64,000 nt of DNA from an uncultured Eubacteriales bacterium (GTDB taxonomy: Bacteria; Bacillota; Clostridia; Christensenellales; Aristaeellaceae): the NCBI GenBank assembly GCA_902800625.1, contig CADCFG010000004.1:52816-116815 (forward strand), in the 5' to 3' direction. The notes beneath the pieces are model-generated. The model did no database searches and had not been told where the DNA came from. It saw nothing but the letters and a program-made list of their open reading frames with translations. Shown in pieces: positions 35,583 through 45,070 of the stretch; position 1 is the first letter of the stretch; the number at the start of each line of letters is the position of its first letter. The position numbers were made by a program, and so were the translations under genes.

Positions 35583-38108
35583 ATGATGAGAAAAAACAAT
35601 AGACGCGGCTTTACCATGGCTGAGCTGCTGATTGTGGTGGCGATCATCGTCATCCTGACCGGCGTCAGCTTTGTCGCCGTGCAGGCCCACCAGAAGAATC
35701 TGGCCCAGCTGGAGGCGGATACCGTCGCCAAGGAGATCTTCTTTGCCGCGCAGAACCACCTGACCATGGCCGAGGGCCAGGGCTACCTGGGTGACACCAT
35801 CAATTACGGCACGCCCACCAGCTACACCCATGATGACGGGACCACCGTCACCGACAACGTATACTATGTCACGATGAACACACCGGGTTCCTTCCCGGCC
35901 AACAGCATTCTGAACCAGATGCTGCCCTTCGGTTCCATTGACGATACCATCCGTGCGTCGGGTAACTATGTCATCCGCTACCAGTCCAAGCCCGCGCGGG
36001 TGCTGGACGTGTGGTATGGCCGTCGCACCAACGAGCTGTACGCTGGCCGTTACGACGCCGATCCCTGCGGGATCACCATCGACAAACTCGCGAGCCACAG
36101 CTACGACAGCAAGGTCGTCGGTTGGTATGGCGGCGACGAAGCCCTGGAGGGCGGCGCGATCCTGAACGCGCCCTATATCGAGGTGGAAAACGCCGAGCGG
36201 CTCATCGTGCGCATAAAGACCGCGGACGTCAACAAGGACCCGAAGACCGGCAATGAGATCAAGGACGCCGATGGCAATGCCGTTTCCGTCTCCGTCAAGC
36301 TGATCATCCGGGGCAAGACCAGCGGAGCCATGGCGGCCATTCCCGTGCTGCCCGACCAGAACCAGCGCGTGAAGGCATCGACGACCGATGGCTTCGATTA
36401 CGACATCATACTGGACGACATCACCATGGCCTATGACTCGGGGCGCAAGGATGGCGGCCACTTCGCGGACATTACCACCGACATGGCCTCCACGACCAGC
36501 ACCACGGTGCCGGCCATCGACGTGCTGGCGGGCACGGCATTCATCCCCGGCGAAAACATCACCGTGCAGGCCGTGGCCTTCAGCAACACCGCCCTGGCCA
36601 GCATCGACTACAGCAACGAGTGGACCACCAACAGCCTGTTCGCGGACGTGGAGGACGAGGGCGCAGTGGATTCCGAAGGCGTGCCGCCCGCGGGTAAGAT
36701 TGCAATGATCTCCAACATGCGCCACCTGGCCAACCTGGACAAGCTGGTCTCCGGCGTGAACACGACGGGTACCGATAAGCTCATTATCGTCGAAGCCCGC
36801 CAGACCGCGGATTTGGTATGGAAGTATACCGATACGACCTATACTCCCACCGATGATGACCCGAAGGCCTTTACCGCTGCCATCCCCAACGCCTGCATCT
36901 ATAAGAAGGGCGAGTCCACCCACACAGACGAGGGCTGCTGGCTGCCGGTGAACATCGACTATGATCTGATCTATGAGGGTGCGGAGCCCGGCGACGCAGA
37001 TGCCGCGGACGACGCGGACAAGGTCGCCCGGAGCCACAGCATCACCGGCGTGAAGGTTTCCGCGAAGGACGGCAACCCGGCTGGCCTGTTCGGCACGGTG
37101 GGTGCAAATGTCACGATCCGCAACATGGAGCTGATCGACTTCGACATCACCGCCGCCTCCGGCAACGCCGGCGCGCTGGCGGGCACGCTGTCGAATCCCG
37201 ACGGCGCGAAGGTGACGGTGGAAAACGTGCTGGCCCGGAATACAGACAGCTTCGACAAGCTCGAAACTGCCACGGTGAAATCCGGCTCCGGCGCGGCGGG
37301 AGGCCTGATCGGCAAGACGACTGGCGCGGACGTCAACCACTGCGCCGCGGCCCTGGTGGTCGAGAGCACCAATGGCAACGCAGGCGGCCTGGTGGGCGAG
37401 AGCAACGGCGGCAGTATCAAGGCCAGCTATTCCGGCGGCCACACCAACGCGCACAGCTATTACAAGAACGGCGCGGCGATCTACAACGTCACCGCCGGTG
37501 GGTGCGCGGGCGGCCTGGTGGGCAATGTCGGCTTCGTCAACATCGACCACTGCTATTCCACTTGCTCCGCCTCCGGCGACACCGCGGGCGGCCTGGTGGG
37601 CAGGACGGAGGGCCCCGTTGAGAACAGCTACGCCACCGGCCTCGTGAACGGCACCAACGCCGGGGCCATCGCGGGCAATATCCTTTCCAGCAAGCAGTTC
37701 GTGAACTGTCAGTACCTGGAGATCATCAACGAGATCACGACCGGCGGCGCGGTCAGCTATTTGCCGCCCGCGCCGAACTGGGCGCCGTCGGACGAGACGG
37801 ACGTTCCCGCCGGTTCCGTGAAGCTGACGGGCGTCAGCCGCGCGGATTACAGCGCCGCCAGCTACGCCGATTTCTCCGGTGCGAAGGTGGACTGGAAGGA
37901 CGCCATCAGCTACGATGGGACGCTGATCAATCTGTATAATGTGGAGAGCGACAGCGGCGAAAAGCAGCCGAAGTACAACTTCAATACCGTGGAACAGCTG
38001 GGGGACGTCGCCGTCGTTGCAGAGGCGGACGAGACCGACCCGGTGGACTTCGTCGCCACGCATTACGGCGACTGGCCCGCGCCGGAGACCCTGGTCGTGA
38101 ACGAGTAA
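35583..38108 (+). CDS. Giant modular type IV prepilin (841 aa) with a C-terminal GLUG-repeat module
   Basis: MMRKNNRRG/FTMAELLIVVAIIVILTGVSFVA is a textbook class III signal plus alpha1-N helix. At ~37030-37700 there are seven G-L/I-x-G turns: AGLFG, AGALAG, AGGLIG, AGGLVG x3, AGAIAG (GLUG-motif-like). Confidence 0.8.
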   Translation: MMRKNNRRGFTMAELLIVVAIIVILTGVSFVAVQAHQKNLAQLEADTVAKEIFFAAQNHLTMAEGQGYLGDTINYGTPTSYTHDDGTTVTDNVYYVTMNTPGSFPANSILNQMLPFGSIDDTIRASGNYVIRYQSKPARVLDVWYGRRTNELYAGRYDADPCGITIDKLASHSYDSKVVGWYGGDEALEGGAILNAPYIEVENAERLIVRIKTADVNKDPKTGNEIKDADGNAVSVSVKLIIRGKTSGAMAAIPVLPDQNQRVKASTTDGFDYDIILDDITMAYDSGRKDGGHFADITTDMASTTSTTVPAIDVLAGTAFIPGENITVQAVAFSNTALASIDYSNEWTTNSLFADVEDEGAVDSEGVPPAGKIAMISNMRHLANLDKLVSGVNTTGTDKLIIVEARQTADLVWKYTDTTYTPTDDDPKAFTAAIPNACIYKKGESTHTDEGCWLPVNIDYDLIYEGAEPGDADAADDADKVARSHSITGVKVSAKDGNPAGLFGTVGANVTIRNMELIDFDITAASGNAGALAGTLSNPDGAKVTVENVLARNTDSFDKLETATVKSGSGAAGGLIGKTTGADVNHCAAALVVESTNGNAGGLVGESNGGSIKASYSGGHTNAHSYYKNGAAIYNVTAGGCAGGLVGNVGFVNIDHCYSTCSASGDTAGGLVGRTEGPVENSYATGLVNGTNAGAIAGNILSSKQFVNCQYLEIINEITTGGAVSYLPPAPNWAPSDETDVPAGSVKLTGVSRADYSAASYADFSGAKVDWKDAISYDGTLINLYNVESDSGEKQPKYNFNTVEQLGDVAVVAEADETDPVDFVATHYGDWPAPETLVVNE

Positions 38109-38160
38109 TACAAACCAACCCGAAGAAACCGGGATTGACGCAGAAACAGAGGGATGGACT

Positions 38161-39909
38161 TTGGCAATCATAGGCAATAACGGGAAAAAGCCGGCGGGCA
38201 AGGGCTACCTGCGCCTGGGCGACCTGCTGATCTCGGCGGGTCTGATCACCGAGGAACAGCTGGAGGAAGGCCTGCGGCTGCAAAAGGGCAGCGGCAAGCG
38301 CCTGGGCACGGTGCTGCAGGAAAACGGCATCATCACCGAGACCGACCTGATCGAGGCGCTGCAGATGCAGCTGGGCATCGAGTTCATCGACCTGAGCAAG
38401 GTGAATATCCCCACGGAGCTCGTTCAGATGGTGCCCAAGAACATCGCCAAGCAGTATCAAGTGGTGCCGGTGCGCCTGAACCGGGACGAGCTGTACATCG
38501 CCATGAGCGACCCGCTGAACTTCTATGCCATCGAGGAAGTCCGCAAGGCCGCCCGGCGCAAGATCGTGCCCATGGTGGCCATGTCCGCCGCCGTGGAGCG
38601 TGCCATCCAGGTGCTCTACGGCAATGAGGGCGCGGCCAAGGCCATCGAGGAGATGAAGCGCGAGGCTGCCGCCTCCGGCGAGACCACCGTCGCGCTGGAC
38701 AGCGCTTTCACCGCCAACCAGGTGGGCGAGGAGAACGTGAACCAGGCCCCGGCCATCCGGCTGGTGAACGCCATCATCGAGCGCGCCGTCACCGAGCGTG
38801 CCAGCGACATCCACATGGAGCCGAGGGAGACGGAGTTCTCCGTGCGTATGCGCATTGACGGCCTGCTGCGCGACATCCTCACCGTGCCGCGGGAGCTGCA
38901 GGCCGCCGTGATCAGCCGCGTGAAGGTCATGTCCGGCCTGGACATCACCGAGCGCCGCGTGCCCCAGGACGGCCGCTTCAACGTGAAGGTTCGCGACAAG
39001 GACATCGACCTGCGTATTTCCACGCTGCCCACCGTCTACGGTGAAAAGATCGTAGCCCGACTGCTGGACAAGTCCGGCCGGAAGCTGAGCCGCGATTCCA
39101 TCGGCCTGACCGGCGACGATTTGGAGAAGTACCTGCGCCTGGTGAAGATCAAGAACGGCGTGATACTGATCGTCGGCCCCACCGGTTCCGGTAAGTCCAC
39201 CACCATGTATACCATGATCGGCGATATGAACACCCGCGACGTGAACCTGGTTACCCTGGAGGACCCGGTGGAGTACAATATCGATGGCGTCAACCAGGTG
39301 CAGATCAACGAGAAGGTGGGCATGACGTTTGCCAGCGGCCTGCGCTCCATACTGCGCCAGGACCCGGACATCATCGCCGTGGGCGAGATCCGCGATGGCG
39401 AGACGGCGGAGATCGCCATGCGCTCGGCCATCACCGGCCACGTGGTGCTGTCCACCCTGCACGCCAACGACGCGCTGGGCACGGTGGAGCGCCTGATCGA
39501 CATGGGCGTGGAGCCCTATCTGGTAGCCAGTGCCCTGAAGGGCGTGTTCAGCCAGAGGCTGGTGCGCCGCATCTGCCCCAACTGCCGCCAGGCCTATGAA
39601 CCCACTGAGGAGGAACAGGCTGAGTTGGGCCTGGAGTATATGCCCGGGCGCACGTTCTACCGCGGCACGGGCTGCCCCGAGTGCTTCGACACCGGCTATC
39701 GCGGCCGTACCGCTGTGTTTGAGATATTCCCCTTGTCCGTGCAGGTGCGTCGCCTGATCTCCAAGGGCGCCGGGCGCGACGCCATCGAGGCCATGCTGAA
39801 GGCCCCGGGCAGCGGCTTCGTCTCTCTGCGGGAGAACGCCATCCGCCTGGTGGAGAACGGCACCACCACCGCCAGCGAGCTGCTGCGCGTGATCTATGAG
39901 GATATTTAG
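38161..39909 (+). CDS. pilB: Type IV pilus assembly (extension) ATPase PilB/GspE family with an MshEN-type N-terminus
   Basis: 582 aa from a TTG start. N-terminal tandem RLGxxLIxxGLI....L...L..Q motifs, Walker A GPTGSGKSTT, CPNC...CPEC tetracysteine. Confidence 0.9.
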   Translation: MAIIGNNGKKPAGKGYLRLGDLLISAGLITEEQLEEGLRLQKGSGKRLGTVLQENGIITETDLIEALQMQLGIEFIDLSKVNIPTELVQMVPKNIAKQYQVVPVRLNRDELYIAMSDPLNFYAIEEVRKAARRKIVPMVAMSAAVERAIQVLYGNEGAAKAIEEMKREAAASGETTVALDSAFTANQVGEENVNQAPAIRLVNAIIERAVTERASDIHMEPRETEFSVRMRIDGLLRDILTVPRELQAAVISRVKVMSGLDITERRVPQDGRFNVKVRDKDIDLRISTLPTVYGEKIVARLLDKSGRKLSRDSIGLTGDDLEKYLRLVKIKNGVILIVGPTGSGKSTTMYTMIGDMNTRDVNLVTLEDPVEYNIDGVNQVQINEKVGMTFASGLRSILRQDPDIIAVGEIRDGETAEIAMRSAITGHVVLSTLHANDALGTVERLIDMGVEPYLVASALKGVFSQRLVRRICPNCRQAYEPTEEEQAELGLEYMPGRTFYRGTGCPECFDTGYRGRTAVFEIFPLSVQVRRLISKGAGRDAIEAMLKAPGSGFVSLRENAIRLVENGTTTASELLRVIYEDI

Positions 39910-40022
39910 GGAAACGGGCGACAGGAATCCCCGCTGCCACGTTCCCACAGGGGCGGCGATGCGCCGCCCGCCTTCATACGCTTTCCAAACCCATTTTACC
40001 AGAATACAAGGAGACGACAGCC

Positions 40023-41075
40023 ATGACAATGACCATTGAACAGCTTGTCGCCAAGGCGCGAGAAGACCACGCTTCCGATATTCACCTGATCTGCGGCTTG
40101 CCGCCCAAGTACCGCAAGGACGGCCAGCTGGAGAACATGACGGACACCCCGCTGACCGCCAGCGATTGCTCGGCCTATGCCCGCGAGCTCGCGGGTACGC
40201 CGGAGAATTACGACATCTATCTGCAGACCGGCGAGTTGGACGCGGCAGAGACCTACGCCGGCAACCGCTGCCGTATCCATATCTTCCGCCAGCAGGGCCT
40301 GCCCTCCGTGGCGCTGCGCCTGCTGTCGGACCGCATCCCCAAGCTGGACACCCTGGGCCTGCCCCCGGCGGCGCTGAAGCTGCCGGACCTGCACAAGGGC
40401 ATCGTGCTGGTCACTGGCGAGACCGGCTCCGGTAAGTCCACCACGCTGGCGGCGCTGCTGGATTACATCAACCACACCCGCAAGGCCCACATCGTCACCC
40501 TGGAGGACCCGGTGGAGTACATCTATACCCCCGACAAGTGTGCCATCAACCAGCGCGAGGTGGGCAAGGACACCCTGTCCTTCGCGGCGGGGCTGCGCGC
40601 CAGCCTGCGCGAGGACCCGAACGTGATACTGATCGGCGAAATGCGCGACCGGGAGACCATCGAAACCGCCATCACCGCCGCCGAGACCGGCCATCTGGTG
40701 TTCGGCACGCTGCACACCGGCAGCGCCTCCGACGCCGTGGACCGCATCGTACAGGTGTTCCCCGAGGGCATGCAGGTGCAGATCCGCCTGCAGCTGTCCA
40801 TGTGCCTGCAGGCCGTGCTGACCCAGCAGCTGATCCCCAAGAAGATGGGCGGGCGCGCGCTGGCCTGCGAGATGATGGTGGTCACCGACGCCATCCGCAA
40901 CCTGATCCGCAACGGCAACACCCCGCAGATCGCCAACGCCATCGCCACCAGCGCGGCCATTGGCGGCCAGACCATGGACCAGGCCCTGGTGCGCCTGGTG
41001 CGCTCGGGCCAGATTACCCGCGACATGGCGCTGACCTTCGCCCACGAGCCGGATTATGTGAAGAAGAACGCATAG
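40023..41075 (+). CDS. pilT: Type IV pilus retraction ATPase PilT
   Basis: 350 aa. ASDIHL..., Walker A GETGSGKSTT, AHIVTLEDPVEY, GEMRD, LVFGTLHT. Confidence 0.9.
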   Translation: MTMTIEQLVAKAREDHASDIHLICGLPPKYRKDGQLENMTDTPLTASDCSAYARELAGTPENYDIYLQTGELDAAETYAGNRCRIHIFRQQGLPSVALRLLSDRIPKLDTLGLPPAALKLPDLHKGIVLVTGETGSGKSTTLAALLDYINHTRKAHIVTLEDPVEYIYTPDKCAINQREVGKDTLSFAAGLRASLREDPNVILIGEMRDRETIETAITAAETGHLVFGTLHTGSASDAVDRIVQVFPEGMQVQIRLQLSMCLQAVLTQQLIPKKMGGRALACEMMVVTDAIRNLIRNGNTPQIANAIATSAAIGGQTMDQALVRLVRSGQITRDMALTFAHEPDYVKKNA

Positions 41076-41109
41076 CGCTGTCCATTAAGCGACAAAGGAG
41101 ATCCGCTCA

Positions 41110-42330
41110 ATGCCCCAATACAAGTATACCGCCGTCACCAAGGACGGCAAGAAGGTCTCCGGTCTGATCGAAGCCTTCAACGAGCTGGACGCCGCCACCA
41201 AGGTCAAGGAGTCCTATTCCATCGTGCTGCAGCTGGGCGAGGTACAGGAAAAGAGCAAGGCCGCGGCCTTCCTCAGCATGGACCTGGGCGGCAACAAGCT
41301 GGACGACAAGGCCTTCATGCTGATGTGCCGACAGTTCTCCGTTATCCTCAAGGCAGGCGTGCCCATCCGCCGTACGGTTGAGCTGATCGCCGACAAGATG
41401 ACGGACAAGACGCTCAAGCGCATCCTGGAACAGGTGGTCGAGGACGTGGAGGGCGGCCGCTCCCTTGCGGCCAGCTTCGAGGAGCGGGGCGGGAAGATCC
41501 TGCCCGTCACCTTCCTGGAGACCGTGCGCGCTGGCGAGGAGGCCGGCAGCCTGGATTCCGCCTTTGAGTCCGTCAGCGAGCACTATGCCAAGCAGAGCAA
41601 GATGAAGGGCAAGGTGCGCGGCGCGCTGATCTATCCGGCCTTCGTGCTGGTGGTGGCCATCGTGGTCGTCATCGTGCTGATGGTGAAGGTGGTGCCCACG
41701 TTCACCGCCATCTTCGACAGCTACGATGCCGAGCTGCCCATTCCCACCCAGATTCTGATCGCCATGTCCAACTTCTTCAGCCACAACTGGATGATCCTGG
41801 CGGCGGTGGCGGCGGCCATCGTGCTGGGCTTCAAGCTCTATGGCAACACAGAGGCAGGGCGCATCAACCTGGCCAAGCTGCAATTAAGGCTGCCCGTTCT
41901 GGGCAACATCGCGGTGCTGAACGCCGCCAGCCAGTTTGCCAACACCATGGCCATGATGATGGGCGCGGGCCTGCCGATGACCAAGGCCGTTACCATCACC
42001 AGCCGCGTGCTGGACAACTATTTCATCAGCCAGCAGGTGGGCAAGATCACTGCCCGCCTGGAGGAGGGCTACACCCTGGGCCACAGCATGCGGGAGGCCG
42101 ACTGCCTGCCGGACATCCTGGTGGACATGACCGCCGTGGGCGAGGAGAGCGGCGAGCTGGAGCAGACGCTGGGCATGACCGCCGAATATTACGATACCGA
42201 ATTGGAGCAGGCCACCGCCGCGGCGCTGGCCAAGCTGGAGCCTACGGTGTTGGTATTCCTGGCGGGCTTCGCCGGATTCATCGTCATCGCCATCTATATG
42301 GCCATGTTCGGCATGTACGCCGCGATGTGA
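41110..42330 (+). CDS. pilC: Type IV pilus platform protein PilC/GspF
   Basis: 406 aa, MPQYKYTAVTKDGKKVSGLIEA... Duplicated GspF domains, 3 TM segments. Confidence 0.9.
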   Translation: MPQYKYTAVTKDGKKVSGLIEAFNELDAATKVKESYSIVLQLGEVQEKSKAAAFLSMDLGGNKLDDKAFMLMCRQFSVILKAGVPIRRTVELIADKMTDKTLKRILEQVVEDVEGGRSLAASFEERGGKILPVTFLETVRAGEEAGSLDSAFESVSEHYAKQSKMKGKVRGALIYPAFVLVVAIVVVIVLMVKVVPTFTAIFDSYDAELPIPTQILIAMSNFFSHNWMILAAVAAAIVLGFKLYGNTEAGRINLAKLQLRLPVLGNIAVLNAASQFANTMAMMMGAGLPMTKAVTITSRVLDNYFISQQVGKITARLEEGYTLGHSMREADCLPDILVDMTAVGEESGELEQTLGMTAEYYDTELEQATAAALAKLEPTVLVFLAGFAGFIVIAIYMAMFGMYAAM

Positions 42331-42341
42331 TCGCCGGGGTG

Positions 42342-43043
42342 ATGAACGCTATGAACAAGTTGCGCGCGCGCCGGGGCGGGATTCCCCGGGTGATGGCGGT
42401 GCTGCTGGCGCTGATCGCCGTGATGCTGGTGATCATCGCCCTGCCCAGCCTCCAGAGCTTTTCGGAGCAGAGCCAGAGGATCGCCTGCGAACAGGCGCTG
42501 GCCTCCGCGCGGGACGGCCTGATCATCGAGTATTTCAACAGCTTCCAGGCCGGCTCCACCCAGGATGCCATGAACACCCTGGACGTGGTGATGCCCGCCC
42601 GGCCCAACATCTGCCCCTCCGGCGGCACGGTGTATCTGGTGCGAGGGGCCAACGGCATCTTCGAGCCCGTCTGCGGCCTGCATGCGCCGGATGGAAAGCA
42701 GCGCTGCCGGCTGAACGCCAGCCGGGCCAGGGAGCTGCTGGAAAGCAGTCTCACCAAGGCGAAGAAGAAGAGTACTACGGCGCCGGAGAGCGTGAAGATC
42801 GCGCTGAATGGCCAGATGCTGGAATGCGACTTGGTGGACAAAGCCGTGCGCCTGCGCCGGGGTACCGCCACTTCCAACGATTATGAGGGCGTCGTGGCCT
42901 TCTACGGAATCGCGGGGGAGGGCGAATTTCCCGTCAAGGGCGTGAAGGCGGGCGAGCTTTACTACTTCATCTATGCCGACGAGGACCACTGCGCCGTCTG
43001 GCGTGCGGACGACGGCTGGACGGGCGACGCCTACCAATATTGA
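42342..43043 (+). CDS. Membrane-anchored Cys-rich protein of unknown function; pilin-like leader without Glu5
   Basis: MNAMNKLRARRGG/IPRVMAVLLALIAVMLVIIAL, then a soluble domain with 5 Cys (RIAC, NICPSGG, PVCGLH, QRC, EC). Start uncertain: GTG 42327, ATG 42342 or ATG 42351. Confidence 0.55.
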   Translation: MNAMNKLRARRGGIPRVMAVLLALIAVMLVIIALPSLQSFSEQSQRIACEQALASARDGLIIEYFNSFQAGSTQDAMNTLDVVMPARPNICPSGGTVYLVRGANGIFEPVCGLHAPDGKQRCRLNASRARELLESSLTKAKKKSTTAPESVKIALNGQMLECDLVDKAVRLRRGTATSNDYEGVVAFYGIAGEGEFPVKGVKAGELYYFIYADEDHCAVWRADDGWTGDAYQY

Positions 43044-43103
43044 CGAAATACGTAAACAAATTAACAATTTTGCAAAAAGAACAGACCGTTGTGCTCCAAA
43101 CCC

Positions 43104-43130
43104 TTGACACACGGCCTGTTTTGGTATAAA
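43104..43130 (+). promoter_or_regulatory. Possible internal promoter before pilD
   Basis: TTGACA (43104-43109), 15-nt spacer (short), TGGTATAAA extended -10 (43122-43130). Confidence 0.25.
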
Positions 43131-43173
43131 GTATGGGTGGCGTAATAGCGCCTCAGGAAGGCCGAAGGAGGGG

Positions 43174-43974
43174 ATGGATGTGTCCATCTACGAATATCGG
43201 CCAGTGCTGTTTTTCTTCGTGATCGTCGCGGCCTGCTTTGGCGCGGTGATGGGTTCCTTCCTGAATTGTGCGGCCTTCCGCATCGTTCGCGGGGAGAGCT
43301 TCCTCAGGGGTCACAGCCGCTGTCCCGCCTGCAGTCACGAACTCACGGCCCTGGAGCTGATCCCGGTGCTCAGCTGGGTGTTCCAGCGGGGCAAATGCCG
43401 CGCCTGCGGGGCGAAGGTGTCCGTCCGCTATCCGCTGACGGAAATGGGCTTTGCGCTGGTGACGGTATTGTGCCTGTTGCGGTTCGACCTGACGGTGCTG
43501 TGCCTTCGGAACTATGTGTTCCTGTGCTGCCTGTTCCTTTTGACGCTGACGGACATGGAGGACATGACCATCCCCGACGGCTGCCATATCGCGGCGGTGG
43601 TGGCGTGGCTGGCGGCCCTGCCGTTCCTGTTCACGGGATGGGGGGACGTGCTGCGCTCCGTGCTGTCGGCGGTGATCTTCGGCGGGGGACTGCTGGGAAT
43701 CTCGCTGGTCATGGACAAGGTGCTGGGCCGTGACTCCCTGGGCGGCGGCGACATCAAGCTGTTTGCCGTGGTGGGGCTGTACCTGGGCATTGTGGGCACG
43801 CTGTTTTCGCTGCTGGCAGCCTGCGTGCTGGGCCTTTTGATGAACGCGGCCATGAAGCGGCGGGACGGCGAGCGGGCGTTTCCGTTCGGGCCGGCCATCG
43901 CGCTGTCCGCGGCGCTGATGCTGCTGTACGGCGAGCCGCTGGTGAAGTGGTATCAGGGATTGCTGAATATATAG
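43174..43974 (+). CDS. pilD: Prepilin peptidase (A24 family) PilD
   Basis: 266 aa. CPACSHEL...IPVLSW...GKCRACG zinc-finger-like N-terminus, multiple TM segments, GGGDIKL active-site motif. Confidence 0.9.
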   Translation: MDVSIYEYRPVLFFFVIVAACFGAVMGSFLNCAAFRIVRGESFLRGHSRCPACSHELTALELIPVLSWVFQRGKCRACGAKVSVRYPLTEMGFALVTVLCLLRFDLTVLCLRNYVFLCCLFLLTLTDMEDMTIPDGCHIAAVVAWLAALPFLFTGWGDVLRSVLSAVIFGGGLLGISLVMDKVLGRDSLGGGDIKLFAVVGLYLGIVGTLFSLLAACVLGLLMNAAMKRRDGERAFPFGPAIALSAALMLLYGEPLVKWYQGLLNI

Positions 43975-43985
43975 AGGGTATTTGA

Positions 43986-45005
43986 ATGGCAAAGACGATA
44001 ATGGGTGTCGATATCGGGCACGACCAGCTGAAGCTGGCGCTGGTGCGGGGCCGGCAGGTCATCAAGACCGCCTCCGCGCCCATGCCGGAGAACCTGCTCA
44101 AGGAAGGCCGAATCGCCAGCCGTGAGAGCATGGGCGAGCTGATCAAGACCACCATGAAGTCCGGCGGGATCCGCGCGGGCCGTGCCGCTGTGGCTCTGCC
44201 CAACCACGTGGTCTTTGTCAAGAACGTGGAAATGCCCCTGATGAGCATCGAGCAGCTGGAGTACAACCTGCCGTTTGAGTTCAATGACTACATCACCGGC
44301 GAGCTGAAGGACTATGTGTTCGACTACGCCGTGGTCTCCGACCCCAATGCCGCTTCCGGCGAAGGGGAGGGCGGCGAGGCCGTAGCGCCCTCGCTGGAGC
44401 TGATGGCGGTGGGCACGCTGCGCGCCGTGCTGGAGGACTGCAAGGAGTCGCTGCGCAAGTCGGGCCAGAAGATGGTGCTCTCGGCCCCGGCCATCAGCGC
44501 TTACATATCGCTGATCCGCGCGCTGGGTGACAAGCTGTCCCTGATGACGGACGAGTACTGCGTACTGGATCTGGGCTTTGAGTCCATCCGCATGTATATG
44601 TTCAAGGGCGACAGGCACGTGGCCACTCGTGTGCTGGAGATGGGCATGTCCAACCTGGACAGCGTCCTGGCCGACCTCTACGGCGTGGACGTACACCTGG
44701 CGCACACCTACCTGATGAGCAACTTCGAAAACTGCCAGCAGCGCGAGGAGTGCATGAACGCCTATTCCAACATTGCGGTGGAACTGATGCGGGCGTTGAA
44801 CTTCTATCGCTTCTCCAACCCGGACAGCACGCTGGAGCATATGTGGCTCTGCGGCGGCGGCGCGGTGATCCAGCCCCTGGCCGAAACCATCGGCGATATG
44901 CTGAACATCCAGCTGCACGAGGCCTCCGAGCTGGTGCCCGGCGGCGAGAACGTGCCGGAGTGCAACACCTATATCCAGGCCATCGGCATTGCGCTGGGGC
45001 TGTAA
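43986..45005 (+). CDS. pilM: Type IV pilus assembly protein PilM (actin-like ATPase fold)
   Basis: 339 aa. MAKTIMGVDIGHDQLKLALV... and a ...LCGGGA... motif. Confidence 0.85.
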   Translation: MAKTIMGVDIGHDQLKLALVRGRQVIKTASAPMPENLLKEGRIASRESMGELIKTTMKSGGIRAGRAAVALPNHVVFVKNVEMPLMSIEQLEYNLPFEFNDYITGELKDYVFDYAVVSDPNAASGEGEGGEAVAPSLELMAVGTLRAVLEDCKESLRKSGQKMVLSAPAISAYISLIRALGDKLSLMTDEYCVLDLGFESIRMYMFKGDRHVATRVLEMGMSNLDSVLADLYGVDVHLAHTYLMSNFENCQQREECMNAYSNIAVELMRALNFYRFSNPDSTLEHMWLCGGGAVIQPLAETIGDMLNIQLHEASELVPGGENVPECNTYIQAIGIALGL

Positions 45006-45070
45006 TTCAGGGCGGCCTGCGAAGCGGGTTGGAAGATGTGTGAGTTTAAATCTCACTGGAGGTAAGAATA

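Noticed and set aside
35241-40029. 986-aa (35241-38201) and 682-aa (37981-40029) minus-strand ORFs
   Set aside because: They lie antisense to the 841-aa pilin and to PilB, both of which carry unambiguous signatures. The antisense products are Gly/Ala/Val/His/Arg-rich with no recognisable domains.
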